In this document: one piece after another, positions 39,249-50,500 of the stretch
Numbering within the stretch: position 1 is the first letter of the stretch
Layout: each line of letters opens with the position of its first letter
Assembly (NCBI GenBank): GCA_963823555.1
Contig: CAWGMA010000003.1
Span: forward strand, 704,001 to 768,000
DNA: 64,000 bases
Origin: Candidatus Eiseniibacteriota bacterium
GTDB lineage: Bacteria > Eisenbacteria > RBG-16-71-46 > CAVPCR01
Direction of reading: 5' to 3'
Translations under genes and position numbers: made by a program
The notes under the pieces: generated by a model
Told to the model about the DNA's origin: nothing
Database searches by the model: none
What the model saw: only the letters and a program-made list of their open reading frames with translations

Positions 39249-41809
39249 GACGGTCGCGCCCTGGTCTTTTCGGCGACCCGGCGGAGAGCGGTCAATACGG
39301 CGTCGGTCGCCTTGGCCTTGTGCTCGATCGCCGACGCGGCCATGGCCACGGGCACGAGCGCGAGAATGACGCTGGCGGCCAGCGCTCCGTCGAGCACGGC
39401 AGCCAGGGAGAGCGCGCCAAGCCCGAGGAAGACGACCAGGGCGCCCCGCGAGATCAGCGGCCAGATCCGGAAACGCACGAGCTGCCTACCAGCTCCATGC
39501 TCCTCGATCGCCATGAGCACGCGCACCGCCCCCAGCGTTCCATCGCGCACGGTCAGATCCCAATGATCGAACGCACCGCCATGCTGCACGACGGCCTGGT
39601 TTTCGCGCAGCGCCCTGACGAGCAGGGAGAGCCATCCCTCGGCCGGCCGCCATTTTTCACTCCAGATCGTGATTGTTCGCGGCCAGGGCAGGGCCGAGCC
39701 GGGTACTCCACGCTGCCGCCAGATGGTGAGTCCGAGGCTCAAGCGGCCCCTGAGCCGCGCCACCGGCTGGGCCAGGTGCAGATAGGCCGTGATCAGGCGG
39801 AATCGAAGGAGCTCGAAGGCCTTTGCACAGGGTGCCGGTGGGGTCTCGCGCCAGGCACTGGTCACGGCCTGAGCCAGGGACCAGGACAGGGCGAGGAGGA
39901 AGAGCGGGCTCATCATCAAGAGCGGTCGCCAGACGAGACCGAGGAGCGACAGCGCGCCGAGGGCGACCACGATGACCATCCATTCGGGCATGAGCGGGAG
40001 CGAGCTCAGCCAGCCGGCGGCTGGTTCGTAGACCGACTGGAAAGGAGCGCTGCCCCAGGGCCCCTGGTAGATGCGTCCCCGCCCCAGGCCCAGGGCGCGC
40101 TGTAGCCCGTTCCCGTAGATGCGTCCCGCCCAGCTCACGTGGCCGAACGTGTTGTACTTCTCCGGCCACTTGCGTTCGAGCAGTGCCTCCGCTTTGCCGT
40201 AGCCAACCTGCTGCTGGCAGTAGGCGCGGATCGTGTTCCGCCGGTGGTGCCATACCATGGCCGCGGCGTTGAACCCCAGCGTGTGCCCGCGTTCCTGAAG
40301 TCGCCAGCACACATCGACGTCATCGCCGGCGGTACGGAATTGAGTATCGAATCCTCCTATTTCGAGCAAGGCGCTCCGGCGAAAGGCCATGTTGCAGCCC
40401 GGGATGTGTTCGGCCACGCGGTCCGAGAGCAGCACGTGGTTGGGCCCGCCGGGTGAGGCGGCGACACAGGCGGCGATGAGTCCGTCATCGGGGGGCGGCA
40501 GGTTGGGGCCGCCGACCCCGGCGTGGGGGAAGCGGAGGAAGCTCGAAGCCAGGGACTTGAGCCAGTGGGGGTCGGGGTAGGCGTCGTCGTCGAGATAGGC
40601 CACGATCTCGCCGCTGGCGGCGGCCAGGCCCGTGTTGCGCGCGCTCGACAGGCCGCAATTCTCGGTCGAGATGACGCGAAACCCGTGGGCATGGGCGATC
40701 GCCGCCGTGTCATCGCACGATCCGTCGTCGACCACGATGACCTCGTAGCTGGGATAGTCGAGCGCCTGAAGGGCGGTGCAGCAGTCGCCGATCGTGCGTG
40801 CTCCGTTGTAGCTGCAGACCACGACCGAGATCTTGGGCCAGCGGATGCCGGGAGCGAAGGGCGCCTCGGCATAGGCGCGGCTGACAGCGGCCAGGGCGGG
40901 CTTCGGCTCGCGGTCGCGGCTGGTGAGACCAAAATCCCAGTCCTCGATGTCGTGGCCACCGCGATGCCACTCATCGGTCCAGGCAAAGACGAAGGTGCCG
41001 GCACAACCGGCAGCGAATGCGGTGCGCAACTGCCAGTCGAGGACCTGCGCTTGCTGCGCCGCGCCATGACGCCGGCTGTCGAGCCCGACTTCGGTCATGA
41101 GGAGGGGCTGCGAGCCGGCCCGATTCTGCAAGCGGGCGATGTAGGCGTCGAATTGCTCCTCATTCTCGATGTAGACGTTGAAGCAGACCAGATCGAGGAA
41201 CGGCAGCTCGAGGTACTCGGTGGTCGGGTAATTGACGTAGGTGACGAGCCCCCCGGGGTCTTCCTCCTTGGCGGCCATGGCGAGGCGCTCGATCGTCCGC
41301 TCGATCGCGCGATGGCCGTGCCAGCGCACGATGCTGGCGGGGATCTCGTTGCCGACGGCATAGGCCAGGAGTGCCGGGTGGCCGCGCAGCGCGCGCGCCC
41401 CGGCGCGGATGTTGGTCTCGATGGCGCGGAGACGCCTGGGGTCGGCGAGGAATGCGACGTGCTGCTCCCATGGGAACCCGACCATCACGCGCAGCCCGTG
41501 ATGGGCCGCGGAATCGAGGAGCCATCGCGGCGGCACCGTGTAGACGCGCACGGCGTTCATGCCCGCGGCGGCCATGGCCGCGAAGTCTCTCCCGACGCGC
41601 TCCGGGTCGCTGAACTCGCCGCCGTCGGGAGCCGGACGGAACGTGCCGTAGGTCACGCCCCGGACCAGGAGCTTCTCGTTGCCCGCCCACAGGAACTTGC
41701 CGCGCGCGCGAGGGCGGGCCGCGGTGAGGGCCGGCGGGTGGTGATCACTCCTTGGGGGATTGGCGGCGATGGTGGTCATGGTCGAAGGGAGGAGTCCTGG
41801 CTCCCGCAT
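39245..41809 (-). CDS. GH-A clan TIM-barrel domain fused to GT2 glycosyltransferase with C-terminal TM segments
   Basis: GH: NAVRVY, VGNE, MTEVG, FAWTDEW, DFGL. GT2: VDDGS, LDDD, GCNMAFR, GDDVD, QQVGYG. Start uncertain (41809 or 41779). Confidence 0.88.
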   Translation of the reverse strand: MREPGLLPSTMTTIAANPPRSDHHPPALTAARPRARGKFLWAGNEKLLVRGVTYGTFRPAPDGGEFSDPERVGRDFAAMAAAGMNAVRVYTVPPRWLLDSAAHHGLRVMVGFPWEQHVAFLADPRRLRAIETNIRAGARALRGHPALLAYAVGNEIPASIVRWHGHRAIERTIERLAMAAKEEDPGGLVTYVNYPTTEYLELPFLDLVCFNVYIENEEQFDAYIARLQNRAGSQPLLMTEVGLDSRRHGAAQQAQVLDWQLRTAFAAGCAGTFVFAWTDEWHRGGHDIEDWDFGLTSRDREPKPALAAVSRAYAEAPFAPGIRWPKISVVVCSYNGARTIGDCCTALQALDYPSYEVIVVDDGSCDDTAAIAHAHGFRVISTENCGLSSARNTGLAAASGEIVAYLDDDAYPDPHWLKSLASSFLRFPHAGVGGPNLPPPDDGLIAACVAASPGGPNHVLLSDRVAEHIPGCNMAFRRSALLEIGGFDTQFRTAGDDVDVCWRLQERGHTLGFNAAAMVWHHRRNTIRAYCQQQVGYGKAEALLERKWPEKYNTFGHVSWAGRIYGNGLQRALGLGRGRIYQGPWGSAPFQSVYEPAAGWLSSLPLMPEWMVIVVALGALSLLGLVWRPLLMMSPLFLLALSWSLAQAVTSAWRETPPAPCAKAFELLRFRLITAYLHLAQPVARLRGRLSLGLTIWRQRGVPGSALPWPRTITIWSEKWRPAEGWLSLLVRALRENQAVVQHGGAFDHWDLTVRDGTLGAVRVLMAIEEHGAGRQLVRFRIWPLISRGALVVFLGLGALSLAAVLDGALAASVILALVPVAMAASAIEHKAKATDAVLTALRRVAEKTRARPS

Positions 41810-41867
41810 TGCCTGCAGGTTGCATGATACTCCCGTTCCTTTGATCGGCAAAGCAACTTCAATCTCG

Positions 41868-41882
41868 GCATCTGACACGCCA
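41868..41882 (-). promoter_or_regulatory. Possible sigma54 -24/-12 element upstream of the GH-GT2 operon
   Basis: TGGCGTGTCAGATGC (GG-N10-GC). Confidence 0.3.
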
Positions 41883-41928
41883 AAGCTGGCGGTGACGCCT
41901 GTCCCACGGTGAGACTGCATCAGTGCGT

Positions 41929-41968
41929 AACAGCGAGGACCTCCCCGAGCGGGGAGGTCCTCGCTGTT
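41929..41968. terminator. Perfect 18-bp inverted repeat after the large repeat-protein gene
   Basis: AACAGCGAGGACCTCCCC-GAGC-GGGGAGGTCCTCGCTGTT. Confidence 0.78.
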
Positions 41969-42002
41969 GACTCGCGCTGATGCAACGCCGAGCCGCTACC
42001 GG

Positions 42003-45000
42003 CTACTTGAGAAGGATGGCCTTCCGCGTGGCGCTGTCATTCCCCGCGACGGCCCGGTAGAGGTAGATGCCCGGTGCCACGGGATCACCGTTCGTGTTCG
42101 TACCATCCCATTCGATACGCACGTACTCGGCGCCCGAGACCTCGCCGGTGAACCGACGCACCAGGTGGCCGCTCACGTCGTAGACATCGACGGTCCAGCT
42201 CGTCGCCTCCGGCAGGGCCAGGGTGAACCGAGTGTGCGGATTGAAGGGATTCGGGAAGCACTGGCCGAGCTCGAAGGCAGCTGGTGCTCCGAGCGGCATC
42301 TCGCCGGGTTCCGCCCCGCCGAACATGTCGCCGCCGAGTCCGGCCGCGGCGATCTGCATCGCTGTCCCCGGCCGGGCCGCGGCGCTGCACGGCACCAGGA
42401 ACCGGCACCGGTCGAAACCGCGGTTGATCGCGTCGACGGCGGCGTTGATGTCGGAGCGACTGGCGCCCGCCGTTGACAGGCCGGCCAGGGCGCGATTGGC
42501 GAGCTGGAGCAGCCCGCCCACGTCGCGCTGCAGGCCGAGATTGGTGAGTGCCGTCAAGACCGAGCTCGGAATGGTGAACGACAGGACAGGGCTCGAGGGA
42601 TCGATCTCGTCGTCTCCGGTGCCGTGCTGTCCATCGGGTCCCGGCAGGCTCCCCTTGGTGCAGAAGACGGCCTCGAGATCGAAGCCGGCGAGGTTGCCGT
42701 CGACGATTCCGTGATCATCGAGGCGGATGTTGAGGGCGAGCGCGATCGTTTGCCCGAGGAGCACGTTCCGGAACTTGCCCTCGCGGTCGACGGGCAACCG
42801 CCGCTGAGTCTGGCATTCAGGCGGGGCCAGCGTGGCATCGCCGATGTCCGGCAGCCCCGCCGCGTTCCCGCCGGCGGGGAGGCGGGCGATGATGCATTCG
42901 GCCGCGCTCAGCGGGATCGTGAGCGAGCGGCCGGGCATGCCGACGACGAGGGGCGCCGCAGAAAGGAGCTCCTCGATGAGGGGCTGGGTCCCCCATCCGT
43001 TGAAGGTGCCGCCCTGGTTGCCGTAGTAGCCCTGCGTGAGGGAGCAGTAGGCATCCGACGGACAGCCTTCGACGGTGATCCTCTGGCTGCACTGGGCCGA
43101 GGCGTTGCCGCAGTCGTCGACCGCTTCCCAGGTGCAGGTCGTGATCGTCGACCCGTCGGGCCCCGGCACCGTTTCCGAGCTCACGAGAATGATCTCGGGT
43201 GAAACGTCGCAGTTGTCGCTCGCCGTCGGCGTGCCGCACTCGGGCGTCGAGCCGCAGGGCAAGATGACGTCTGCCGGGCACTCGATGGTGGGTGGCATGG
43301 TGTCGTCGACGGTGATCAGCTGCACGCAATCAGCCGAGTTGCCGCACTCGTCGCTCGCCCGGTAGGTGCGCGTGATGGTCTCGGGGCAGGTCCTGCCATC
43401 CGAGACATCGCTCACGAACTCCACCGTGACGTCGGTGCAGGTGTCGGTGGCCGTCACCAGGGATGGATCCGGGAGCGGCACGTCATCCGGGCACTGGACC
43501 GAGACCGCATCCGGGCAGGTGACGATGATCGGTGGTTGGTCGTCGAGCACGGTGATGATCTGGGTGCACGTGATCGAGTTGCCGCAGGTCATGGCGCCCG
43601 CGTCCTTGCCGAGCTGTCCGGAGTCGGTGCCGGTCCACGAGCGCACGATGACGTAGCGGACATCGATCAGGGCCTTCGCCGGGTCGACGCCGCGGGCAGC
43701 GGCGATCGCTTCGAGGCTGGTCGGGTTCGCGGCCACCCCCCCCTTGGCCGGAGGCGGGCCGCCGCAGCTCCCGGGGATGATCTCATCCGAGTAAGTGACG
43801 ATCACCGGCGAAGCGCAGTTGTCGGTGGCCGTGGCATAGCCGGTGTAGTCCGGAGTCGTGGGATCGGTGCAGCTCACGGTGACATCGGGCGGGCAGGTGA
43901 TCTCGGGCGCCGTGGTGTCCTCGATGGTGATGAGCTGGACGCAGCTCGCGGAGTTGCCGCAGTCGTCGGCGGCGGTCCAGGTGCGGGTGATGACACCCTC
44001 CTGCGGGCAGCCGCCCTGGGTGAACACGTCCTCGTAGCTGACCGTGACCTCGCCCGGACAGTCGTCCTCGGCGGTGGCGTAGCCGGTGTTGTCGGGGAGC
44101 GTCGAGGCGTCGCACTCGATCGTCAAGTCGGGCGGGCAGGTGATGACCGGCGCCGAGTCGTCGAGCACGGTGATGATCTGGGTGCAGATGACGGCCGAGT
44201 TGCCGCAGGTCATGGCGCCCGCGTCCTTGCCGAGCTGTCCGGAGTCGGTGCCGGTCCACGAGCGCACGATGACGTAGCGGACATCGATCAGGGCCTGGGC
44301 CGCCTCGCGACCACGGGCCGCGGCGATGAGCTTCAAGGTGGCCGCATCCACCGTCACCGCGCCCTTGGCCAGGGCCGCGCCGCCGCAGTTCCCCGGGATG
44401 ATCTCGTCCTCGTAGGTGACGATGGGGTTGGGATCGCAGTTGTCGGTGGCCGTGGCGTAGCCGGTGTAGTCCGGAGTCGTGGGATCGGTGCAGCTCACGG
44501 TGACATCGGGCGGGCACTCGAGCGCGATCGGGGCCGTGGTGTCCTCGATGGTGATGAGCTGGACGCAGCTCGCGGAGTTGCCGCAGTCGTCGGCGGCGGT
44601 CCAGGTGCGGGTGATGACGCCCTCCTGCGGGCAGCCGCCCTGGGTGAACACGTCCTCATAGGTGACCGTGACCTCGCCCGGACAGTCGTCCTCGGCGGTG
44701 GCGTAGCCGGTGTTGTCGGGGAGCGTCGAGGCGTCGCACTCGATCGTCAAGTCGGGCGGGCAGGTGATGACCGGCGCCGAGTCGTCGAGCACGGTGATGA
44801 TCTGGGTGCAGATGACGGCCGAGTTGCCGCAGGTCATGGCGCCCGCGTCCTTGCCGAGCTGTCCGGAGTCGGTGCCGGTCCACGAGCGCACGATGACGTA
44901 GCGGACATCGATCAGGGCCTGGGCCGCCTCGCGACCACGGGCCGCGGCGATGAGCTTCAAGGTGGCCGCATCCACCGTCGCCATGCCCTTGGCCAGGGCC

Positions 45001-46958
45001 GCGCCGCCGCAGTTCCCCGGGATGATCTCGTCCTCGTAGGTGACGATGGGGTTGGGATCGCAGTTGTCGGTGGCCGTGGCGTAGCCGGTGTAGTCCGGAG
45101 TCGTGGGATCGGTGCAGCTCACGGTGACATCGGGCGGGCACTCGAGCGCGATCGGGGCCGTGGTGTCCTCGATGGTGATGAGCTGGACGCAGCTCGCGGA
45201 GTTGCCGCAGTCGTCGGCGGCGGTCCAGGTGCGGGTGATGACGCCCTCCTGCGGGCAGCCGCCCTGGGTGAACACGTCCTCGTAGGTGACCGTGACCTCG
45301 CCCGGACAGTCGTCCTCGGCGGTGGCGTAGCCGGTGTTGTCGGGGAGCGTCGAGGCGTCGCACTCGATCGTCAAGTCGGGCGGGCAGGTGATGACCGGCG
45401 CCGAGTCGTCGAGCACGGTGATGATCTGGGTGCAGATGACGGCCGAGTTGCCGCAGGTCATGGCGCCCGCGTCCTTGCCGAGCTGTCCGGAGTCGGTGCC
45501 GGTCCACGAGCGCACGATGACGTAGCGGACATCGATCAGGGCCTGGGCCGCCTCGCGACCACGGGCCGCGGCGATGAGCTTCAAGGTGGCCGCATCGACC
45601 GTCGCCGCGCCCTTGGCCAGGGCCGCGCCGCCGCAGTTCCCCGGGATGATCTCGTCCTCGTAGGTGACGATGGGGTTGGGATCGCAGTTGTCGGTGGCCG
45701 TGGCGTAGCCGGTGTAGTCCGGAGTCGTGGGATCGGTGCAGCTCACGGTGACATCGGGCGGGCACTCGAGCGCGATCGGGGCCGTGGTGTCCTCGATGGT
45801 GATGAGCTGGACGCAGCTCGCGGAGTTGCCACAGTCGTCGGCGGCGGTCCAGGTGCGGGTGATGACACCCTCTTGCGGGCAGCCGCCCTGGGTGAACACG
45901 TCCTCATAGGTGATGACGAGATCAGGATCGCAGTTGTCGGTGGCCGTCGCATAGCCGGTGTTGTCGGGGAGCGTCGAGGCGTCGCACTCGATCGTCAAGT
46001 CGGGCGGACAGGCGATCATCGGCGGTGTGTGGTCGACACAGACATCGATCTGGAGCGGCTCGATGAAGTCCTTCAACTCAGCGCGCGGCGAGGGAGCCGA
46101 CTTGGTGCGGATGAAGACCGTGTTGATCCCGTAGCAACCGCTGAGCTGGATCAGGCGGGTGAGATTGGCGGCCGCCTCCCCGAATGCATTGATCTCGTAG
46201 ACGGTCGACCCGAAGGCACCGAATGGCACCGTAACCTGCGAATCGGTGTTTGCTGCCACGAAGGCTGTCCCGGGGGTCGGCGTGAAATCCATGTAGTCGA
46301 ATCCGTTCTGCGCCGCTTGCCACCGCTGGGCGTAGAACTCCGCTGCCGAACCGCCGTTCGTGAGGTGGATGGTGAGGAGGACGTCACCGATGGTGCGCCC
46401 GCCGTCCGGTCCAGCCGAGCTGAAGGTGCCGTCAGGGTTCTGCGTGAGCGAGTTCTGCAGCAGCTCGAAGTCGATGTAGCTGTCACCGCCCGTGGATCGG
46501 CGGTCCCCACCCAGCGCCACCCAGAGATCGCCGGTCGTGGCATCGACATAGAAGTCGATGAGAGCGTTCTGGATGTCGTCCTTCTGCGGCACGCCGCCGT
46601 TCGTCCAGCGGTATGTGTTCGGGTCATCGTCGACCTTGTTGCCGGCGTAGAACCGCTCTTCATCCGCATCGCCATCGATGGGGTCGAAGAGGTGGACGGT
46701 CCGCGTCGGGTCGCGCGGGATCCCGTTGGCATCCAGCAGGCCGACGCCTGGCCCCGCTGGGCCATCGAGCCAGTCATCCGCGCTGTTGAACGGGGCCACA
46801 GCAGGAGAATTGGCGAGCAAGTCGCCATCGATGCCAACATGGTTGGCTCCGACACCAGGAGCCTGCGCGAAGCCGGGGGTGACCCAGGCCAGACTCAGTG
46901 CGGCGGCCAGGAGGACGGAGAATCGCACGACGTTGTGGCTAGGTTCCTTGGGGGCCAT
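42003..46958 (-). CDS. Large secreted adhesin-like protein with HYR-like Cys-containing repeats and FlgD-Ig CTD
   Basis: GGAG RBS; signal peptide; repeated DxxAPxITCPPD.T..C...ATDNC...ITRTWTA.D.CGN; CTD PNPFNP...WDGTNTNG.PVAPGIYLYR. Confidence 0.88.
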   Translation of the reverse strand: MAPKEPSHNVVRFSVLLAAALSLAWVTPGFAQAPGVGANHVGIDGDLLANSPAVAPFNSADDWLDGPAGPGVGLLDANGIPRDPTRTVHLFDPIDGDADEERFYAGNKVDDDPNTYRWTNGGVPQKDDIQNALIDFYVDATTGDLWVALGGDRRSTGGDSYIDFELLQNSLTQNPDGTFSSAGPDGGRTIGDVLLTIHLTNGGSAAEFYAQRWQAAQNGFDYMDFTPTPGTAFVAANTDSQVTVPFGAFGSTVYEINAFGEAAANLTRLIQLSGCYGINTVFIRTKSAPSPRAELKDFIEPLQIDVCVDHTPPMIACPPDLTIECDASTLPDNTGYATATDNCDPDLVITYEDVFTQGGCPQEGVITRTWTAADDCGNSASCVQLITIEDTTAPIALECPPDVTVSCTDPTTPDYTGYATATDNCDPNPIVTYEDEIIPGNCGGAALAKGAATVDAATLKLIAAARGREAAQALIDVRYVIVRSWTGTDSGQLGKDAGAMTCGNSAVICTQIITVLDDSAPVITCPPDLTIECDASTLPDNTGYATAEDDCPGEVTVTYEDVFTQGGCPQEGVITRTWTAADDCGNSASCVQLITIEDTTAPIALECPPDVTVSCTDPTTPDYTGYATATDNCDPNPIVTYEDEIIPGNCGGAALAKGMATVDAATLKLIAAARGREAAQALIDVRYVIVRSWTGTDSGQLGKDAGAMTCGNSAVICTQIITVLDDSAPVITCPPDLTIECDASTLPDNTGYATAEDDCPGEVTVTYEDVFTQGGCPQEGVITRTWTAADDCGNSASCVQLITIEDTTAPIALECPPDVTVSCTDPTTPDYTGYATATDNCDPNPIVTYEDEIIPGNCGGAALAKGAVTVDAATLKLIAAARGREAAQALIDVRYVIVRSWTGTDSGQLGKDAGAMTCGNSAVICTQIITVLDDSAPVITCPPDLTIECDASTLPDNTGYATAEDDCPGEVTVSYEDVFTQGGCPQEGVITRTWTAADDCGNSASCVQLITIEDTTAPEITCPPDVTVSCTDPTTPDYTGYATATDNCASPVIVTYSDEIIPGSCGGPPPAKGGVAANPTSLEAIAAARGVDPAKALIDVRYVIVRSWTGTDSGQLGKDAGAMTCGNSITCTQIITVLDDQPPIIVTCPDAVSVQCPDDVPLPDPSLVTATDTCTDVTVEFVSDVSDGRTCPETITRTYRASDECGNSADCVQLITVDDTMPPTIECPADVILPCGSTPECGTPTASDNCDVSPEIILVSSETVPGPDGSTITTCTWEAVDDCGNASAQCSQRITVEGCPSDAYCSLTQGYYGNQGGTFNGWGTQPLIEELLSAAPLVVGMPGRSLTIPLSAAECIIARLPAGGNAAGLPDIGDATLAPPECQTQRRLPVDREGKFRNVLLGQTIALALNIRLDDHGIVDGNLAGFDLEAVFCTKGSLPGPDGQHGTGDDEIDPSSPVLSFTIPSSVLTALTNLGLQRDVGGLLQLANRALAGLSTAGASRSDINAAVDAINRGFDRCRFLVPCSAAARPGTAMQIAAAGLGGDMFGGAEPGEMPLGAPAAFELGQCFPNPFNPHTRFTLALPEATSWTVDVYDVSGHLVRRFTGEVSGAEYVRIEWDGTNTNGDPVAPGIYLYRAVAGNDSATRKAILLK
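43541..46010. repeat. Intragenic tandem repeat, 624-bp unit, about 4 copies, near-identical
   Basis: Identical shadow ORFs recur at 44086/44710/45334 and at 44479/45103/45727 (period 624). Confidence 0.92.
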
Positions 46959-47556
46959 TGGGGTCTCTCCTCGCGAGGGTCCCGGGAAGCGCTCGATCGT
47001 CTCCACGGGTTGTCTGGTGGTCATCAGAGCTGGAGTGGATACCGTGGCGCTTGACACTCGGCGACTGCGCTGCCTGGCGCCAGGCAGCGGGCCGCAGCCG
47101 GTCGGGACGGCGACCGACCCATCGGGCTGAGCGCGAGATTCATGACATCCCGGTCCGCTAATCGGAGGGATGAGCATGCTCGGCACTCCGGGTTGGGCAG
47201 GCACCGGGGCGGCCCCAGGCGCTTGCCGGGTGCTGGCTGCTCGTCCCCCATCGTGTGCCACGACTCTGACGCGGCACCGGGCGCCGTTCAGGCCTCGGAT
47301 CGCGGGCACATGAACTACTGGCGGAACTCCGGGACGAGCCTCGCCGCTTCGTATAGGATACCCCCACCGTGTCTCTGTTGCAATCTGCGATGGTCCTTGC
47401 CAGGATCCAAATCATGATAAGAGGGCGCGAATTCTTGCTTTCGGCCGCGCCCCCGCCAACAAGGTGCCGCGACCTTGGCCAAATCACCCACTTTGCCCCC
47501 TCAACGGTACGGCGGTTGTGTCGGGGCCCTGATTCCATCAACAGGATGAGGGCGCG

Positions 47557-50500
47557 GTGACGACCGGCGAGCGGATCGGCGCCTATCGCCTTCTCTCCGA
47601 GCTGGGCACGGGCGGGATGGGCAAGGTCTACCTGGCCGAGGTGGATCCGGAAGCCCCGGCCGCCGTCTCGGGCGCCGAGCTCACGCCGGGGACACGCGTT
47701 GCCCTCAAGGTGGTGCATCCGCACCTCCTCGCTTCTCCCGATTTTTTTCAGCGCTTCCTCCGCGAGGCAGAGATCGGCAAGGCGGTCAGCCACCCGAATG
47801 TGGTGCGCACCTATCTCGTCGATTCTCTCGAGCGAGAGGGAAACGAGCTCCACTACATGGTCATGGAGTACGTCGAGGGTCAGACCCTGCGCTCTCTCCT
47901 CGGCGAGCTCGGGCGCGTGCCGGAGCAGTTGTGCCGTCACATCGGACGCGAGGTCACCAAGGGGCTTTCCGCCATCCATGGCTCGGGTGTCGTGCATCGC
48001 GACTTGAAACCCGAGAACGTGCTCATCACGCGCGATGAAGTCGTGAAGGTCATGGACCTCGGTGTGGCCTTCCTCCAGGACCAGGCCATCCGGCTGTCGC
48101 AAACGGGCATGTTCGTGGGCTCGGTGCAGTACGCGGCCCCGGAACAGTTCGAGGGGACCGGGGCGGTGCTCGACGGCCGGGCTGATCTCTACGCCCTCGG
48201 GGTTGTCCTCTATGAACTCGCCACGAGCGAGCATCCGTTCGGGGACGTGAGCTTCCGGGTCCTGGTGAGCCGAGTGCTCAAGGAAAAGCCGCGGCGCATC
48301 GGAGAGCTCAACCCCCAGCTGTCGCCCTTCTTCGAGGAAGTGGTGCACAACCTGCTCGAGAAGGAGCGCGACAAGCGCTTCGAATCGGCAGGCGTGTTGC
48401 TCAAGGCGCTGGAGGATGCCGAGTCCAGCACCTGGTGGGGGGAGCGCGAGCGATTCATCCGCCTCGAGACCAAGAAACCGCTCCGCCGCATCCGCATCCC
48501 GCGCGACACCGCGCTCTATGGGCGCGACGGCGACCTCGCGCGACTACGTGATCTGTTCGACCACGCCAAGGGAGGGGAGGGGCAGGTGCTTCTTCTCGAT
48601 GGCGAGGCCGGCATCGGCAAGACCCGACTCGTCGATGAGCTCGTCGGCCAGCTCGAGCAGGCGGGCGAGGACGTGAACTTCCTCTTCGGCTCCTATCCGC
48701 CGGGAGGAGCGGCCACGGCCGCAGGGGCTTTCAGTGCCGCCTACCGCGAGCATCTCGGCGACGATGGTCTCGAGGAGACGCTGGGGTCCTACCTGGAGGT
48801 CACCCCTCTCCTGATCCCGGCCTTTGCCGCCCTCTTGCGTGGAGACGCGTTGGCGGCGGGCGCCGAGCCCTTGACCAAGGACTCGCTGCAAACCGTCTTC
48901 GTGCACACGACACGCGCGCTCGCCGCGGAGCGCCCGACGATCATCCTGATCGACGACCTGCACTTCGCGCCCGAGGAAGGACGCGCGCTGTTCGCGGCGC
49001 TCGCGCTTGCCGCGCCGGGCCATCGCGTGCTCCTGATCGGGACCATGCGGCCCGGGATGTCCGAGGAGTGGGTGGCGAATCTGGAGCGACTCGATCACAC
49101 GTCACGGATCGCTCTCAAGCGCCTCGGGGGCGAGGACCTGGGCCAGCTTCTCGCCGATGCCTTCCGCTCCGAGTCGCTGGCGCTGGATCTGGCCGACGAC
49201 ATCGCCACCAAGTCCGATGGCAATCCGTTCTTCATCTTCGAGATCATCCGTGGCTTGCGCGAAGGCAATTTCATCGCGCGCGAGGAGGACGGGACCTGGG
49301 TGCGCACGCAGATCATCCAGGAGATCGTCATCCCGTCGTCCGTCAGCGAGCTGGTGCAGGCGCGGATCTCCGGCCTGGAGGAAGAGGATCGGGATCTCCT
49401 CGAGGTCGCCTGCTGCCTCGGCTACGAGTTCGATCCCACCCTGGTGGCCGATGTCCTCGGCCTCGGTGTGGTGCCTGTGCTCAAGCGCTGCGGGCGAATC
49501 GAGAAGCGCGATCGCCTGATCCGGTCCGCGGGGCGTCGCTACGTGTTCGATCATCACCAGGTGCAGGAGGTGCTCTATGCGGGGCTCTTCGCGCAGCTCC
49601 GCGAGCAGTACCATGCCGGGCTCGCCGAGGCGCTCGAGACCCGCGAGAAGGCTGCCGCCAAGGACCCGCAGGTGCTCGAGGGAGCTCTGGCGGTTTCCCT
49701 GTGCGAGCACTTCTTGAAGGGACAGGCGGGCGAGCGGGCGCTGCGTTACCTCGATCCTGCTCTCGATCATCTCGAGCACAGCTACCTGAACGGTGCGGCC
49801 ATCGCCCTTGCCGATGCGGCCCTGGAGGTCGAGGGATTGCTTGCCGGTCCAGCGCGGATGAATGTGCTCGTGCGGAAGGCGCATCGCCTCGACTTCCTGG
49901 GCCGGCGCGAGGAAACCGGCAGTGCTCTTGCCGAGGCCCTCGCCCTTGCCGAGACGAGCGAGGATGCCGCGGTGCGATCGCGCGTGCGGCGGGCGCGCGG
50001 CTGGTACCTGATCCAGGTCGGTCGCTACGAAGAGGCGTGCACCGTGCTCGAGGAGGCGATCGCCCTGGCCCAGGGAGCAGGTTCGCCGGCCGAGGAAGGA
50101 CCCGCCACCGGCAATCTCGGCGTGGCCCTGCGCACGCTCGGGCGCCACGAGGAGGCGCGGGCCAAGCACGAGCGAAACCTCGAACTGGCGCGTCAGATCG
50201 GCGACCGGCGCGGCGAGGCCATCGCCAACGGCAACCTCGGGCTCGCGCTGCTCGATCTCGCCCGCCACGAGGAGGCGCTTGCCTGCTTCGAGCAGCATCT
50301 GGAGATCTCGCGTGAGATCGGCTTCCGCCAGGGGGAAGCCATCGCCACCGGCAATATGGGAACGCTCTTCGGGTCCACCCGCCGCTACGAAAAGGCGCGC
50401 GATTGCTTCGAGCGCGGCATCGCGCTCTCGCGCCAGATCGGCTTCCGGCAAGGGGAGGCCATTGCCAACGGCAACCTGGGGAATGTGTTCGCGGAGCTGG

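Noticed and set aside
43541..46010. Repeat array as CRISPR or mobile element
   Set aside because: The units are in-frame, 624 bp and coding; there are no spacers, cas genes or transposase.
43536..47054. 1172-aa plus-strand ORF
   Set aside because: Antisense shadow of the repeat protein; no independent motifs.
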